Counted from the first letter of the stretch, positions 42,325 to 52,869 are shown. The stretch is DNA of 64,000 nucleotides from Thermoplasmata archaeon (GCA_041489255.1 JBGPQV010000002.1:64001-128000); one strand, 5' to 3'. The notes: generated by a model from the sequence alone, not told the origin. Numbers and translations: made by a program.

Positions 42325-42460
42325 ACCGTTCGTATATGGAGAAAAAGATGCATCGGAGGAGGGGCAAAAAGGGGGGGTGGTTATTTATATACTCAGGAGC
42401 CTCACGGAACGCCTGTTTTCAAGACCGATAACGTCCCGTGTCAGAGTCCCGTGGCATGTC

Positions 42461-43873
42461 TCATTTCAATTTCCAACGGACGCCCTCTTTCGCGTCCTCA
42501 AGCGTCACGCCGATCTCCTTCAGCTTGTCCCGAATGAGGTCAGAGACGGCGAAGTCCTTGCGCTTCCGCGCCTCCTCTCTGATCTGCACGAGGATGTCGA
42601 GAAGAGCGTCAGTCGGGACGAGCCCTTGCCTTCTGACCTTCTGGAACAGGCCGAGCACGTCGCCGAAGATGTCAATTTGCCCGAGGCAGCGCTGAGCGGC
42701 GGTCTTGCTCACACCATCCTCGAGGCTCCTGTTGATCTGGGAGGCGATGGTGAAGATGACTGCGATCGCCTCGCGGGTGTTGAAGTCGTCGTCCATCGCC
42801 TCCTCGAACTTCGTTTTCGCGGCGATGACCGCCGTGTCGAGCACGGCGTCAGCGGTCATCGGGCCGTCGGACCCTCTCTTCGCTGACTGACTCAGCAACT
42901 GGTAAGTGTCGATGAGCCTCTGATAGCTCCTCTTCGCCTCCTCCATCCCCTCGAGGCTGAAGTCGATCGGGCTGCGGTAGTGCGCGTTCAGCAAGAAGAA
43001 CCGCAGGACCTCGCCGTCGAAAAGCTTCAGCGCATCAGGCACTGCCCAGAAGTTGCCGAGCGACTTGTGCATCTCCTCCCCGCCGACCATGAGCATGCCG
43101 CCGTGCATCCAGTAACGGACGAACGGCTTGACTCCGGTGAGCGCCTCGGCCTGGGCGATCTCCGCCTCGTGGTGGGGGAACATGAGCTCGGTCGCGCCGC
43201 CATGTATGTCGTACTGCGGCCCGAAGATGCTCACCGTGATTGCGGTGTCCTCGATGTGCCAGCCCGGTCTGCCCTTGCCCCAGGGAGAGTCCCAAGCGGG
43301 CTCGCCGGGTTTCTGACTCTTCCAAAGTGCGAAGTCGGCGGGGCTGCGCTTTCTCTTGTCGACCTCGACACGTGCACCAGGCCTCAGTTCTTCCACGATC
43401 ATGCCCGAGAGCTTGCCCCAGCCGTCGAACTTGGTCACGTCGTAGAAGACGTCGCCGTCGACTGCATACGCGATGCCCTTCTTGATTAGGCCCTCTATCT
43501 GCCCGATGATCTCAGGGATGTAATCCGTCGCCCATGCGAAATGGTTCACCGCCGTGACATTGAGGGCTTCCATCACCGCCATGTATTCGACGATAAACTC
43601 CGCGACAAGGTCCCGCCAGTCCCGGCCAGAGTCGATCATCCTGGCGATGAGACGATCCTCGACATCGGTGACATTCTGTACGTAGAAGACTCGGTAGCCT
43701 TTGTGCCTCAGGTAGCGCGCGACCATGTCGAAGGTGACGTAAGTCTTCGCGTGGCCCATGTGCACGTGGTCGTACGGCGTGATGCCGCAGACGAACATGT
43801 TCACCCGACGGCCGTGGATCGTGACGAATTCTTCTTTCTGGCGGGTCAGGGTGTTGTATATCTTCAGGGGCAT
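42461..43873 (-). CDS. cysS: Cysteine--tRNA ligase
   Basis: [48 protein letters not shown]; KMSKS position reads EMHKS. Confidence 0.95.
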   Translation of the reverse strand: MPLKIYNTLTRQKEEFVTIHGRRVNMFVCGITPYDHVHMGHAKTYVTFDMVARYLRHKGYRVFYVQNVTDVEDRLIARMIDSGRDWRDLVAEFIVEYMAVMEALNVTAVNHFAWATDYIPEIIGQIEGLIKKGIAYAVDGDVFYDVTKFDGWGKLSGMIVEELRPGARVEVDKRKRSPADFALWKSQKPGEPAWDSPWGKGRPGWHIEDTAITVSIFGPQYDIHGGATELMFPHHEAEIAQAEALTGVKPFVRYWMHGGMLMVGGEEMHKSLGNFWAVPDALKLFDGEVLRFFLLNAHYRSPIDFSLEGMEEAKRSYQRLIDTYQLLSQSAKRGSDGPMTADAVLDTAVIAAKTKFEEAMDDDFNTREAIAVIFTIASQINRSLEDGVSKTAAQRCLGQIDIFGDVLGLFQKVRRQGLVPTDALLDILVQIREEARKRKDFAVSDLIRDKLKEIGVTLEDAKEGVRWKLK

Positions 43874-44236
43874 TCTGGCGGTCGAATGATTGCGGGCTGT
43901 ATAAAACTTCGTGGACTCCGCGACAATGGTCGCAACGATGCAGCGGGCATTTTATGGTGGCGGGAGAAGCCTCACTCCGAAGGACATGTAAGGCGATTCG
44001 CCTGAGGTCTGAGCGACGAGTCGTGTGCCTCTTGGTCAATTCGCGAAGGTCTGATGCGGACGATGAAAAGCTATTTACCCCAGGAAGTGCTCATATGATG
44101 AGGTCGGAGTCAGGGATGTGATTGCCGTTACGCTTCGAACGCAAAGGGGGCAAAGGACCCTGCTGACAGTCGGTGGGTCCTTGGCGGGGTCTGGAGCTGG
44201 CCCTGCCCGGGTTTCTCCGGGCTTGTGGTCCTTACT

Positions 44237-44280
44237 AACTCAACACCAACTCAACATCAACTCCACACCAAGTCCACCGG
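44237..44280. repeat. Four tandem imperfect 11-bp repeats
   Basis: AACTCAACACC / AACTCAACATC / AACTCCACACC / AAGTCCACCGG. Confidence 0.75.
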
Positions 44281-44395
44281 TCATAAGGAAATACCACGCT
44301 CATGACCCGCTCCAACAAAGCACTGTGCCTGAAAGCACCCGCACGATTCACTCCACGGATGCCGCCCACACCAGGTTCAAGGAGATGACTCGAGC

Positions 44396-44971
44396 ATGAG
44401 GATCAACAACATCTTCGGCACGAAGTTCAAGGGCGCTATCGGCAAGGACATGATAGCGTCCTCGTGGAAAGGGAAAGAATACGTGAAGGCCTACACGCAT
44501 CCCAGCAACCCCCGGACGGAGGCCCAGCAGGAGCACAGGGGCATCTTCGCGAGGGCGGTGGAGACCTGGCACGAGCTCAAGCTGTGCCAGAGGGAATTCT
44601 ACAACAGGGTGGCGGTGGAGATGACCGGCTACAACCTCTTCATCAGCAGGTACATCGAGGCGGTCAAGAACGAGCGGGAGCCGGAGGTCCCCTCGATCGT
44701 GTCGTGGAAGCCCGAGGACGCGGGGCAGGCCCAAGGTTGCACATCGTTGGTCCTTCTCGGGCAGAGGCTGGTCTTCAGCCTGAGGTTGGGCGATGGCGCA
44801 GGGGAGATCGCGCTCACGCGCTCGGACGCGCCGTACGAGTTCGCGTTCAGGAGAGGCGGCGGCGAGGACAAGGTGCGTCTGTCCGCGGACGCCCTGATCC
44901 CCGGCGGATCGGTCACTCTGAGAAGCGATCAGGTGGGGATCGGGCTGGTCCTGTCTGTCAATTCGCCATGA
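44396..44971 (+). CDS. Hypothetical protein, DUF6266-like N-terminal domain
   Basis: G.IG......WKG..YVK....P.NPRT.AQ...R..F...W..L...R..Y......TGYNLF pattern; SD-like AGGAG upstream. Confidence 0.6.
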   Translation: MRINNIFGTKFKGAIGKDMIASSWKGKEYVKAYTHPSNPRTEAQQEHRGIFARAVETWHELKLCQREFYNRVAVEMTGYNLFISRYIEAVKNEREPEVPSIVSWKPEDAGQAQGCTSLVLLGQRLVFSLRLGDGAGEIALTRSDAPYEFAFRRGGGEDKVRLSADALIPGGSVTLRSDQVGIGLVLSVNSP

Positions 44972-45179
44972 ATGCGGTCGGTGGACAGGTCGTCATGGAA
45001 GCCGGACGCACTGGGAGTGTGGCAGAGTCGATGTTCAGCGCACCTGAGGTATCGGCGGAGCATGAGCACGAACATCAATAGAACCAAGACCCCCGCGCGA
45101 ACAAGCAGACGCACAAGTGAGTGCACCAAAGTCATTATAGTCGGGGAAGAGCGTCACCATCATCGGGAGGAAGAAGCAG

Positions 45180-48152
45180 ATGAGAGGGCTTTCTCGGGCA
45201 TGCCCGCGCAGGAATCGTCTCGCCGCCCTTCTCGTGCTGTTCCTCCTCTCGACAACCTTCTCGTCCTTCTTCTACGCCCAGTTTCCCGCCAGCGCATCTG
45301 ACGACAAACCTTCTCCTTCGAGCTGGAGCGTGACCGTCGTCGACCCAAAGGGCTTCTGGACACCGTCCATCGCGATTGACAAGGCCGGGCGGCCCCACAT
45401 CGTGTACCTTGCGGAGCCGAACGAGCTCAGGTACGCGAGCTGGATAGGCTCTTCCTGGCAGTTCGAGAAGGTGGACACATGGTCGATCATGGGCAACAAG
45501 GCGTCCCTGGCACTCGACTCGAACGACACCCCGCACATCGCTTATTACGACTGGGATGAGAGGGACCTCAAATACGCCTACAAGAATGGCACCATATGGA
45601 CTATCGAGGTTGTCGATGAATACGGCGATGTGGGACGGATGCCCAGCCTCGCCATCGACTCACACAACATTCCCCACATCTCCTACTACAACATGACCAA
45701 TCTGCCAATCAACGACGATTGCTCGCTTAAGTACGCCGTCAGGGATGGGAATCCATGGCGCGCAGAGACAGTCGTGGACAGCGATTTCTACGATTATGAC
45801 GAATCGGATACTTCGCTGAAACTCAACGCCACCGACGAACCCCGTATCGCCTACGCAGCCTATCAGATACTCTACTACGCGTCTTGGACTGGGTCGATAT
45901 GGCGAATTGAATCGGCTCCGAAGGATCCTGGGGATACAGGGAACTTCCCCTCTCTGGCTCTCGACTCGCGCGGTGACCCGCACATCGCCTACTTGAGAGA
46001 GTGGGACGTGGACCGATTGGACTACGCGACAAAGGGACTGTTGGGCTGGGTCACGCAGACCATAGATGCGGGGAGGGGTTACAGCCACGCAATAGCCCTC
46101 GACTCGCGGGACAGGCCTCACATAGCGTACACAACAGGCACGGTTGGCCCTGTTCCCCCCTATTACCTCTATTACGCTGAAATGAACGGTCCTTGGGTGT
46201 TGACCACCGTGGACGCCAGTGACGGCGTTGCCGGACCATTGTCCATCGCCATCGACGGCTGCGACGGGGTGCACATCGCCTACACCCGCAACTACTCCGG
46301 AGGCAACGAGCTCAAGTACGCCTACCTTCCGGGCCAGGACCTGACCCCGCCGAAGAGCACGGCGTCCTCACCCGGCCCCTACTGGCATAACGGGCCCGCG
46401 AGCGTCTCGGCCATCGCAAACGACTCCTGCTCCGGCGTCTCGAACGTCACCCTGTGGTACCGCCAGAGCGGCGACAACTCGACGTGGGGGCAGTGGACGC
46501 AGTACTCGACGCTGTCTTCCCAGCACTGGACGTGGTCTTTCACGTTCCCCGCGGGGGATGGGCACTACCAGTTCCACACGACCTCGTCTGACAACGCCGG
46601 GAACGAGGAGCCACCGCCGCTCTCCGCCGACGCCATCGCGGGCTACGACTCGACACCTCCCGTCTCCTCGGCCACGCCGATGCGCCCGTACTGGCAAGCC
46701 ACGCCCTCCGCCGTCGTCGACGCGACCGCCACGGACAGCCTGAGCGGGGTGGCAGAGGTCACCCTCCTCTACTCCCATGCTCCCCTCGACAACTCGACGT
46801 GGAGCCCTTGGATTTCGCTTGGGATGAAGACATCACAGCCGTGGTCCTGGCCGTTCCCCTTCCCGGACGGCGAGGGAAACTACAAGTTCCACACTATCGC
46901 ACGGGACGTGGCTGGCAACGTGGAAGGCGCCAAGACTACGGCGGAGGCGATTGCGGGCTATAGGTCGCCGCCCGATTACGTTCCTGATAGTCCTCTACCA
47001 TCATCCCAAGCGGTCGTTGGTCTCACCTTGTCCCTCAACCTATCCCTGAGCGTAAGGAACCTCGGAGGGGAGACGAACGAGACGGCCACCCTCGCCTTCT
47101 ACAACGACTCGACTCCCTCGTCACCGTTCCTCACCATCCAGGTGCCGCCAGTCCCGCCCGGGACTGCCTCTGGTCCCTTCTCCGCAGCATGGACATCCCC
47201 CGCCACGCCCTGCTCCTGCCGCGTCGTGGCGGACGTGGACTACGGGAACGACGTGGATGAGTCGAACGAGACGAACAATGTCTGCGCTTGGACGATAGAC
47301 GTGGTCAGTGGGCCTGTCACCTCCATCGTCGTAGGCGATCCACGCCACACCTCTCCCGCCTCGGTGACTTATGTGAAATCGTCCACGCCAATCGACTTCT
47401 CGTACACCGACCAGAGCGGTTTCGGGATCAGGAATACCACATACACGGTCGATGGCGGGACTCCTGTCAACTACACCGCCATTGGCACGTTATTCCTGGC
47501 GGGGGAAGGCATGCATACGATCGAGTGGCGGTCGCTCGACTGGGCGGGGAACCTCGAGGAGGTCAGCTCGAAGATGCTGACGGTGGATAACACTCCACCC
47601 GCCACGACAATCACCCAGAGCGAAGTGCAGGCCACGATTGAGACGTTCTTCACCCTCACCGCCGCGGACTCCGGCTGCGGTGTGAACGTCACGATGTACA
47701 GGATAGACGGCGGGAGCTGGATGGTCTACACCGGTGGATTCACCCTCGCCGAGGGGGAGCACACAATATACTACTACTCGATCGACAACCTGGGCAACGT
47801 CGAGCAGGAGAGGTCGCTGGTAGTCAAGCCGCCGGTCGAGATTGCGGTGAACTACAAGCCGGTCGTGGCGCTGGTGTTCGCAATCATCTTGCTCGTGGCG
47901 GGAGTGTGGTCATCGAAGAGGGGGCCGTGGAAGGGCGGAAAGGATCGGATGGCGGTGGTGAAGGCGCTCGCGATCACCTCGTTGCCCTTCGTTCTCCTCG
48001 AGGCCGCCACTGGCGTGGCGTCCCAAGTGACGGGATACCTCTCGGTACCGCCAGTCGTCGGAATCGGCTCGGGCGCCGACCTAGTCATCCTAATGGCGGG
48101 CTTGGCGGCGATTGTTCTCAGAGCGCACAAGAAGATTCCGATGCCGGAGTGA
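45180..48152 (+). CDS. Large surface protein: beta-propeller, Ig-like and CARDB-like domains, three C-terminal TM helices
   Basis: Signal peptide; repeats SLALDS...PHIAY...L.YA; D.TPP linkers; ESNETNN; NYKP anchor region. Confidence 0.85.
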   Translation: MRGLSRACPRRNRLAALLVLFLLSTTFSSFFYAQFPASASDDKPSPSSWSVTVVDPKGFWTPSIAIDKAGRPHIVYLAEPNELRYASWIGSSWQFEKVDTWSIMGNKASLALDSNDTPHIAYYDWDERDLKYAYKNGTIWTIEVVDEYGDVGRMPSLAIDSHNIPHISYYNMTNLPINDDCSLKYAVRDGNPWRAETVVDSDFYDYDESDTSLKLNATDEPRIAYAAYQILYYASWTGSIWRIESAPKDPGDTGNFPSLALDSRGDPHIAYLREWDVDRLDYATKGLLGWVTQTIDAGRGYSHAIALDSRDRPHIAYTTGTVGPVPPYYLYYAEMNGPWVLTTVDASDGVAGPLSIAIDGCDGVHIAYTRNYSGGNELKYAYLPGQDLTPPKSTASSPGPYWHNGPASVSAIANDSCSGVSNVTLWYRQSGDNSTWGQWTQYSTLSSQHWTWSFTFPAGDGHYQFHTTSSDNAGNEEPPPLSADAIAGYDSTPPVSSATPMRPYWQATPSAVVDATATDSLSGVAEVTLLYSHAPLDNSTWSPWISLGMKTSQPWSWPFPFPDGEGNYKFHTIARDVAGNVEGAKTTAEAIAGYRSPPDYVPDSPLPSSQAVVGLTLSLNLSLSVRNLGGETNETATLAFYNDSTPSSPFLTIQVPPVPPGTASGPFSAAWTSPATPCSCRVVADVDYGNDVDESNETNNVCAWTIDVVSGPVTSIVVGDPRHTSPASVTYVKSSTPIDFSYTDQSGFGIRNTTYTVDGGTPVNYTAIGTLFLAGEGMHTIEWRSLDWAGNLEEVSSKMLTVDNTPPATTITQSEVQATIETFFTLTAADSGCGVNVTMYRIDGGSWMVYTGGFTLAEGEHTIYYYSIDNLGNVEQERSLVVKPPVEIAVNYKPVVALVFAIILLVAGVWSSKRGPWKGGKDRMAVVKALAITSLPFVLLEAATGVASQVTGYLSVPPVVGIGSGADLVILMAGLAAIVLRAHKKIPMPE

Positions 48153-48158
48153 TCCTCC

Positions 48159-48353
48159 TCAGCATTCAGAATAGCCGCACGTATGACACTTGACGCAGCC
48201 CTCCTCGTACACGAGGGCGTTGCCGCACTCAGGGCATTCAGGGTTCAGCCCCTTCTTTACGATGACCTCGTAGTCCTCGCGGTGCTCCTTGTCCATCTCG
48301 TCGTCGGCGTGAATCGTCCCGTGCTCCTCGAAGGACTCGACCGACGGCTCGTA
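48159..48353 (-). pseudogene. Zinc-ribbon remnant resembling the C-terminus of class II ribonucleotide reductase (or a tiny standalone Zn-finger gene)
   Basis: CPECGNALVYEEGCVKCHTCGYSEC*; host-like codon usage stops near 48350, where the sequence turns AT-richer. Confidence 0.5.
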
Positions 48354-48548
48354 TCTTGTTTGTGAATCTTGAGCGATGCGCTTATCTGGTGCAATCATGA
48401 GGCTTTCTTCTGGTGGAACTCGTCGCATGAGCTGCCGTACGGAATGTATGTACGATGGTTTCTTGCCCGCAGACGCTATCAAGGTTGATAGCCAGAAGTG
48501 TGAGGGCGCGGAGGATGTGTGAAGGCTCTCGCATCTGGAGGTGAACGA

Positions 48549-48938
48549 ATGAAGGGAAATCACAAAGGCGTGCGTGCGATGGTTGGTGTGCTAGGAGCCG
48601 TGGCAATTGTTCTCCTATTTGCCACGGGATTGGCGTTGGCGGGAAGCTTCACCGACGTATGGGTGAACTACGTCAGGGTAGGTGACAACAGCCCATGTCG
48701 CTTATACAATGGCGTTTACGTAAACGGAGTCTATACCCCGGACAATGCGTATGACGCGGTGATACGCTGGAAGTTGGATAGTGGCAGCTGGCACACTACC
48801 AGCATGTGGCAAGGAGGGAATGGTGCAATCGCCTTCGATTTCACAATGAACGAGACACCGACGGGGAGCAGCACACTGTATCTATGGGGTGACGAGACCT
48901 ACGGCAGCGACGGATATTGGAGCTGCTACCAAGTCTAA
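48549..48938 (+). CDS. Small secreted hypothetical protein
   Basis: Strong SD GGAGGTGA, signal peptide ending GLALA, two Cys, lower GC. Confidence 0.7.
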   Translation: MKGNHKGVRAMVGVLGAVAIVLLFATGLALAGSFTDVWVNYVRVGDNSPCRLYNGVYVNGVYTPDNAYDAVIRWKLDSGSWHTTSMWQGGNGAIAFDFTMNETPTGSSTLYLWGDETYGSDGYWSCYQV

Positions 48939-49200
48939 TAGTGTGGAGTGCCGGCAATCTTTCAACCATTCCGACTCGGAAATTGGCCATGCTGAATATC
49001 GCGAAGAAGCAAGACTAATGTCTTATCATGACGTTTAGGAATCGACGGATGTGAGCCAAGTGAGTCAATGTCCTCCAAAGAGTGCGCCCAACACCGGTGC
49101 GGCCAACTCGTCAGGCACCCGATCTAATTATCACTCGGAGAGTTTACGGTTTCATTACGGAAAAAGCTCATCTAAATCGAGGCATCGGATTGATGACAAG

Positions 49201-52200
49201 ATGAGGGTGTCTTTGAGTCATCTGGTTGGCAAACGCAATCTGACATCATCAGGCATACACCAATCGGTGCGCCAACTTTACGCGTTTTCGTGCACCGCGC
49301 TCATCATCTTCGGAAGCATCTTGCTTGCGATGCCCATGGGAAAAGCAACCATATCATGGGCCACGGAAGTAATCGATCCGAGAGACACGAACTATCGGAG
49401 TGAGAATTCGTTCGTCTTGGATTCTTTGGGCAGACCTCACACGGTATACCATAGCAGCTCAGCGCTGATCTATGCCGTTAAAGACGGAGGCTCGTGGCAC
49501 TACTCGACAGTAGAGAGCAGCATTCCGGTGAACTCCTCAACGCAGAATGACCTGGCCTTGGACAGCTCTGGCACACCGTACGTTGCATACCGCAATTACA
49601 CCCACATCTGGCTCGCCAAGTCCGATGGAACGTATTGGTACAAGAGCGATGTCTACGACGGGCAACAGATCGGACGGGACGTCACCATCGCTCTGAACCG
49701 GAGCGGGTATCCCAGGATTGCCCATATTGAGGGCGATTCCAGCAATGTAACGCTCTACCTGTCTTCCTTGGTCGGAAACTTATGGGCAGCCGACCCGATT
49801 GAGAGCGGGTATGAAGCCGTCGCCGGCCCAATCGCCATCGATCGAAATGACAGAGTCCATGTAAGCTATTGGATGAATGGTGCGATGAAGCATGCCTATT
49901 ACGACGGCACCGGATGGAACATAACCACAATCTTCTACGCGCCCTCTTCCACCATGGCGCCTGGGGGGTTGGCTTTGGATGCACTGGGGTTTCCACAAGT
50001 TACATTCACGCAGCGCATTGGGCCGACGGCACGTATACTGTACGCCGGGTGGAATGGAACGTCGTGGTCCCTCGAGACCGTTGACTGCTGCGTGGTCGAC
50101 CACAGCTCTCTCGCCCTTGACCTGAGAAACGAGCCTCATATCAGCTACTGGAACCATAGCATGCTGGAGGAAAGCCTGATATACGCGTACAAGAACGGGA
50201 CCTCATGGGCAAAGGAGAGTGTGGAGCCCTGTTGGGGGTACACGGCCATAGGCGTCGACGCGATGATGCGCGTTCACATCGTCTACCTAGAAGTCGACGG
50301 GCATCACGTGAGATACGCTCTTCGAATCCCCGACAATCCTCTGCCTGTGTCCCGCGTCCGTCCGGTGAACCCGCATTGGTGGAACAGTGTACCGCTGTAC
50401 CTGCAGGTGGACGCCACCGATCTGAACGGTTCCGTAGACCGGGTCGACCTCTACTATCGGTTTGACGCCGGAGCGGGCTGGGGACCGTGGTCCCAATACG
50501 TGTTCAGCCGGTCTCCTCCGTGGATATTCCCGTTCGGCTGGCCCGACGGGGAAGGCAGGTACGAGTTCTACAGCCTCGCATTCGATGGACTGGAATGGGA
50601 GCTCAAGATCGAGGCTTCGGAGGCGTCCGCGGGCTACGACATCACCCCGCCAGTCTCTACAGCCCTTCCGATATCGCCCTACTGGCACTCCACCTCGCCG
50701 ATGAGCGTGGACGCCACCGCCACAGACAACCTCAGCGGGGTGGCTAACGTCACCCTCTTCTATTCCTATGCTCCTCTTGACAACTCGTCGTGGAGCGCGT
50801 GGACAGAGTTCAATACGAGGTACTCGCCGCCGTGGTCATGGTCTTTCCTCTTCCCAAACGGCAAAGGGAACTACAAGTTCCACACGATAGCAACTGATGT
50901 GGCAGGAAACAAGGAAGGCGCGAAGACGATCGCGGAGGCGGTTGCGGGGTACAACGGCACGCCTCCCATTGCGATGCCCGATTACGCGCCGATTAATGAA
51001 CAGCCCATCCCACCGGTCAGGATCGGCCTCTCTTCTCCAATCTCGCTGTCCCTGGTGGTCCACAACGGCGGCAACGCCACCGCCGAGACAGACACCACGC
51101 TCGCTTTCCACAACTCGACCACTCCCGCCACGCCATTCAAGACTTTCACCATCAATCCAATCGCCCCGGGCGGGAACTCCTCCAAGTTCACCGCCACTTG
51201 GACATCTCCCACCACGTCGGACACCTACCTCGTGTCCGCGAACGTCGAATATTGGAACAATGTGACGGAGTGGAACGAAACCAACAACGTGTTCACGTGG
51301 ACGATTGACGTCGTCACCGGTCCTATCACCTCCCTCGTCATCGGCTCTCCCAACTACACTTCCTCCGTCATGGCTACCTTCGTCAAGCCAACAACATCCC
51401 TCGATTTCAGCGTCCTCGACCAGAGCGGTCTCGGGATAAGGAACACCACATACAGAATCGATGGCGGGAGTCCTGTCAACTACACCGCCACCGGGACATT
51501 CAGCCTGTCCTCGGAAGGGGAGCATTATCTCGAATGGTTCTCCGAGGACTATGCGGGGAACGTCGAGAACGCCAGTTCCCTCATCATCAGAGTTGATGGC
51601 ACGGCGCCGACCACGACGCCATTAATCGGTGATCCGAAGTACCTCAACGGTAATGTTTTCGTGAACTCCTCCACCTCGATCTCCCTGCCCGCCATTGATG
51701 GCGGTCTCCTGCCGGTCGGCCTCAGCTACACGGGATACAGTGTCGACGGCGGCACGTGGAAGATCTACTCGTCCCCCTTCAACCTGACAACGGAGGGACT
51801 CCACACAATCGACTTCTTCTCCTCGGATAGACTATTGAACCTGGAGGCACAGAAGTCGATTATTGTCATCGTGGACAACACGCCGCCGGACACTTCGCTG
51901 CAGGTGAATGGACCAAAGTTCCAGTCCGCTGATCTGTATGTCGGTAATGGTATTGGTTTCAATCTCACGGCGATCGATGGCGGCATGAATCCCGTCGGTC
52001 TCGGAATGATCGAGTACAGAATTGATGGCGGTCTGTGGAACGTCTGCTCCTCAGATTTCACGCTGGCCAGCGCCACAGACGGTCCTCACGCAATCGATTA
52101 TCGATCCAAGGATCTCCTGGGGAATGTCGAGTCGGTCAAGAGCCTCCAAATCATCCTCGACAACAGCCCTCCCGCCACGACGATCCACCAGAGCGAGGAG

Positions 52201-52755
52201 CAGGCGACTACCGCCACAGTCTTCACCCTCACCGCCACCGATTCCGGATGCGGGGTGAACGTCACCAGATACAGGATAGACGGCGGGAGCTGGATCACGT
52301 ACTCGGGCGGCTTCACTCTACCTGAAGGTGAACACAACATCTCCTACTACTCGAACGACATGCTGAACAACACGGAAGCGGAGAGGTGGTTGCTGGTGAC
52401 CGTGGAGGGGACGACGACACCGCCGGTCGAGGTGACTGTGAACTACAAGCCGGTAGTGGCGGTGATGTTCGCGATCATCCTCCTCGTGGCGGGAGTCTGG
52501 TCCTCGAGGAGGAGGCCGTGGAAGGGCGGGAAGGAGAGGATTGCGGTGGTGAAGGCTTTCATGATCACATCGATGTCGTTCGTAATTGCGGAGGCAGCAA
52601 CCGGCATGGTGTCTTTCCTAACGGGGCAGCTGTCGGTACCGCCGCTGGTTGGAGTGGGCACTGCTGTTGACCTGACGATTCTCTTGGCTGGAGTAGTCAC
52701 CGCAATTCTCCGCACAGTGAGGACAAAACCATCGGGAGAGGGGAGAAGCGAGTAG
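49201..52755 (+). CDS. Large surface protein, paralog of 45180-48152 with extra Ig-like repeats
   Basis: Same propeller repeats, D.TPP Ig domains, EWNETNN, and a near-identical NYKP 3-TM tail. Start uncertain (49051-49330). Confidence 0.85.
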   Translation: MRVSLSHLVGKRNLTSSGIHQSVRQLYAFSCTALIIFGSILLAMPMGKATISWATEVIDPRDTNYRSENSFVLDSLGRPHTVYHSSSALIYAVKDGGSWHYSTVESSIPVNSSTQNDLALDSSGTPYVAYRNYTHIWLAKSDGTYWYKSDVYDGQQIGRDVTIALNRSGYPRIAHIEGDSSNVTLYLSSLVGNLWAADPIESGYEAVAGPIAIDRNDRVHVSYWMNGAMKHAYYDGTGWNITTIFYAPSSTMAPGGLALDALGFPQVTFTQRIGPTARILYAGWNGTSWSLETVDCCVVDHSSLALDLRNEPHISYWNHSMLEESLIYAYKNGTSWAKESVEPCWGYTAIGVDAMMRVHIVYLEVDGHHVRYALRIPDNPLPVSRVRPVNPHWWNSVPLYLQVDATDLNGSVDRVDLYYRFDAGAGWGPWSQYVFSRSPPWIFPFGWPDGEGRYEFYSLAFDGLEWELKIEASEASAGYDITPPVSTALPISPYWHSTSPMSVDATATDNLSGVANVTLFYSYAPLDNSSWSAWTEFNTRYSPPWSWSFLFPNGKGNYKFHTIATDVAGNKEGAKTIAEAVAGYNGTPPIAMPDYAPINEQPIPPVRIGLSSPISLSLVVHNGGNATAETDTTLAFHNSTTPATPFKTFTINPIAPGGNSSKFTATWTSPTTSDTYLVSANVEYWNNVTEWNETNNVFTWTIDVVTGPITSLVIGSPNYTSSVMATFVKPTTSLDFSVLDQSGLGIRNTTYRIDGGSPVNYTATGTFSLSSEGEHYLEWFSEDYAGNVENASSLIIRVDGTAPTTTPLIGDPKYLNGNVFVNSSTSISLPAIDGGLLPVGLSYTGYSVDGGTWKIYSSPFNLTTEGLHTIDFFSSDRLLNLEAQKSIIVIVDNTPPDTSLQVNGPKFQSADLYVGNGIGFNLTAIDGGMNPVGLGMIEYRIDGGLWNVCSSDFTLASATDGPHAIDYRSKDLLGNVESVKSLQIILDNSPPATTIHQSEEQATTATVFTLTATDSGCGVNVTRYRIDGGSWITYSGGFTLPEGEHNISYYSNDMLNNTEAERWLLVTVEGTTTPPVEVTVNYKPVVAVMFAIILLVAGVWSSRRRPWKGGKERIAVVKAFMITSMSFVIAEAATGMVSFLTGQLSVPPLVGVGTAVDLTILLAGVVTAILRTVRTKPSGEGRSE

Positions 52756-52869
52756 GTCGAAGAAGCCATGACAGGCGTGAGCCCGTCGGATAACATTCTG
52801 ATCGAAAGTCGAAATCCACAGCGTGCGATTGAGCTTGCGGAATCCGATTTATCACAGTTCGGAGAAGCA

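Noticed and set aside
44095-44166. C/D box sRNA (ATGATGA ... CTGA)
   Set aside because: Spacing is too long and no recognisable D'/C' boxes are present.
45180-52755. Diversity-generating retroelement acting on the paralogs
   Set aside because: No reverse transcriptase in the window, and the differences are not adenine-specific.
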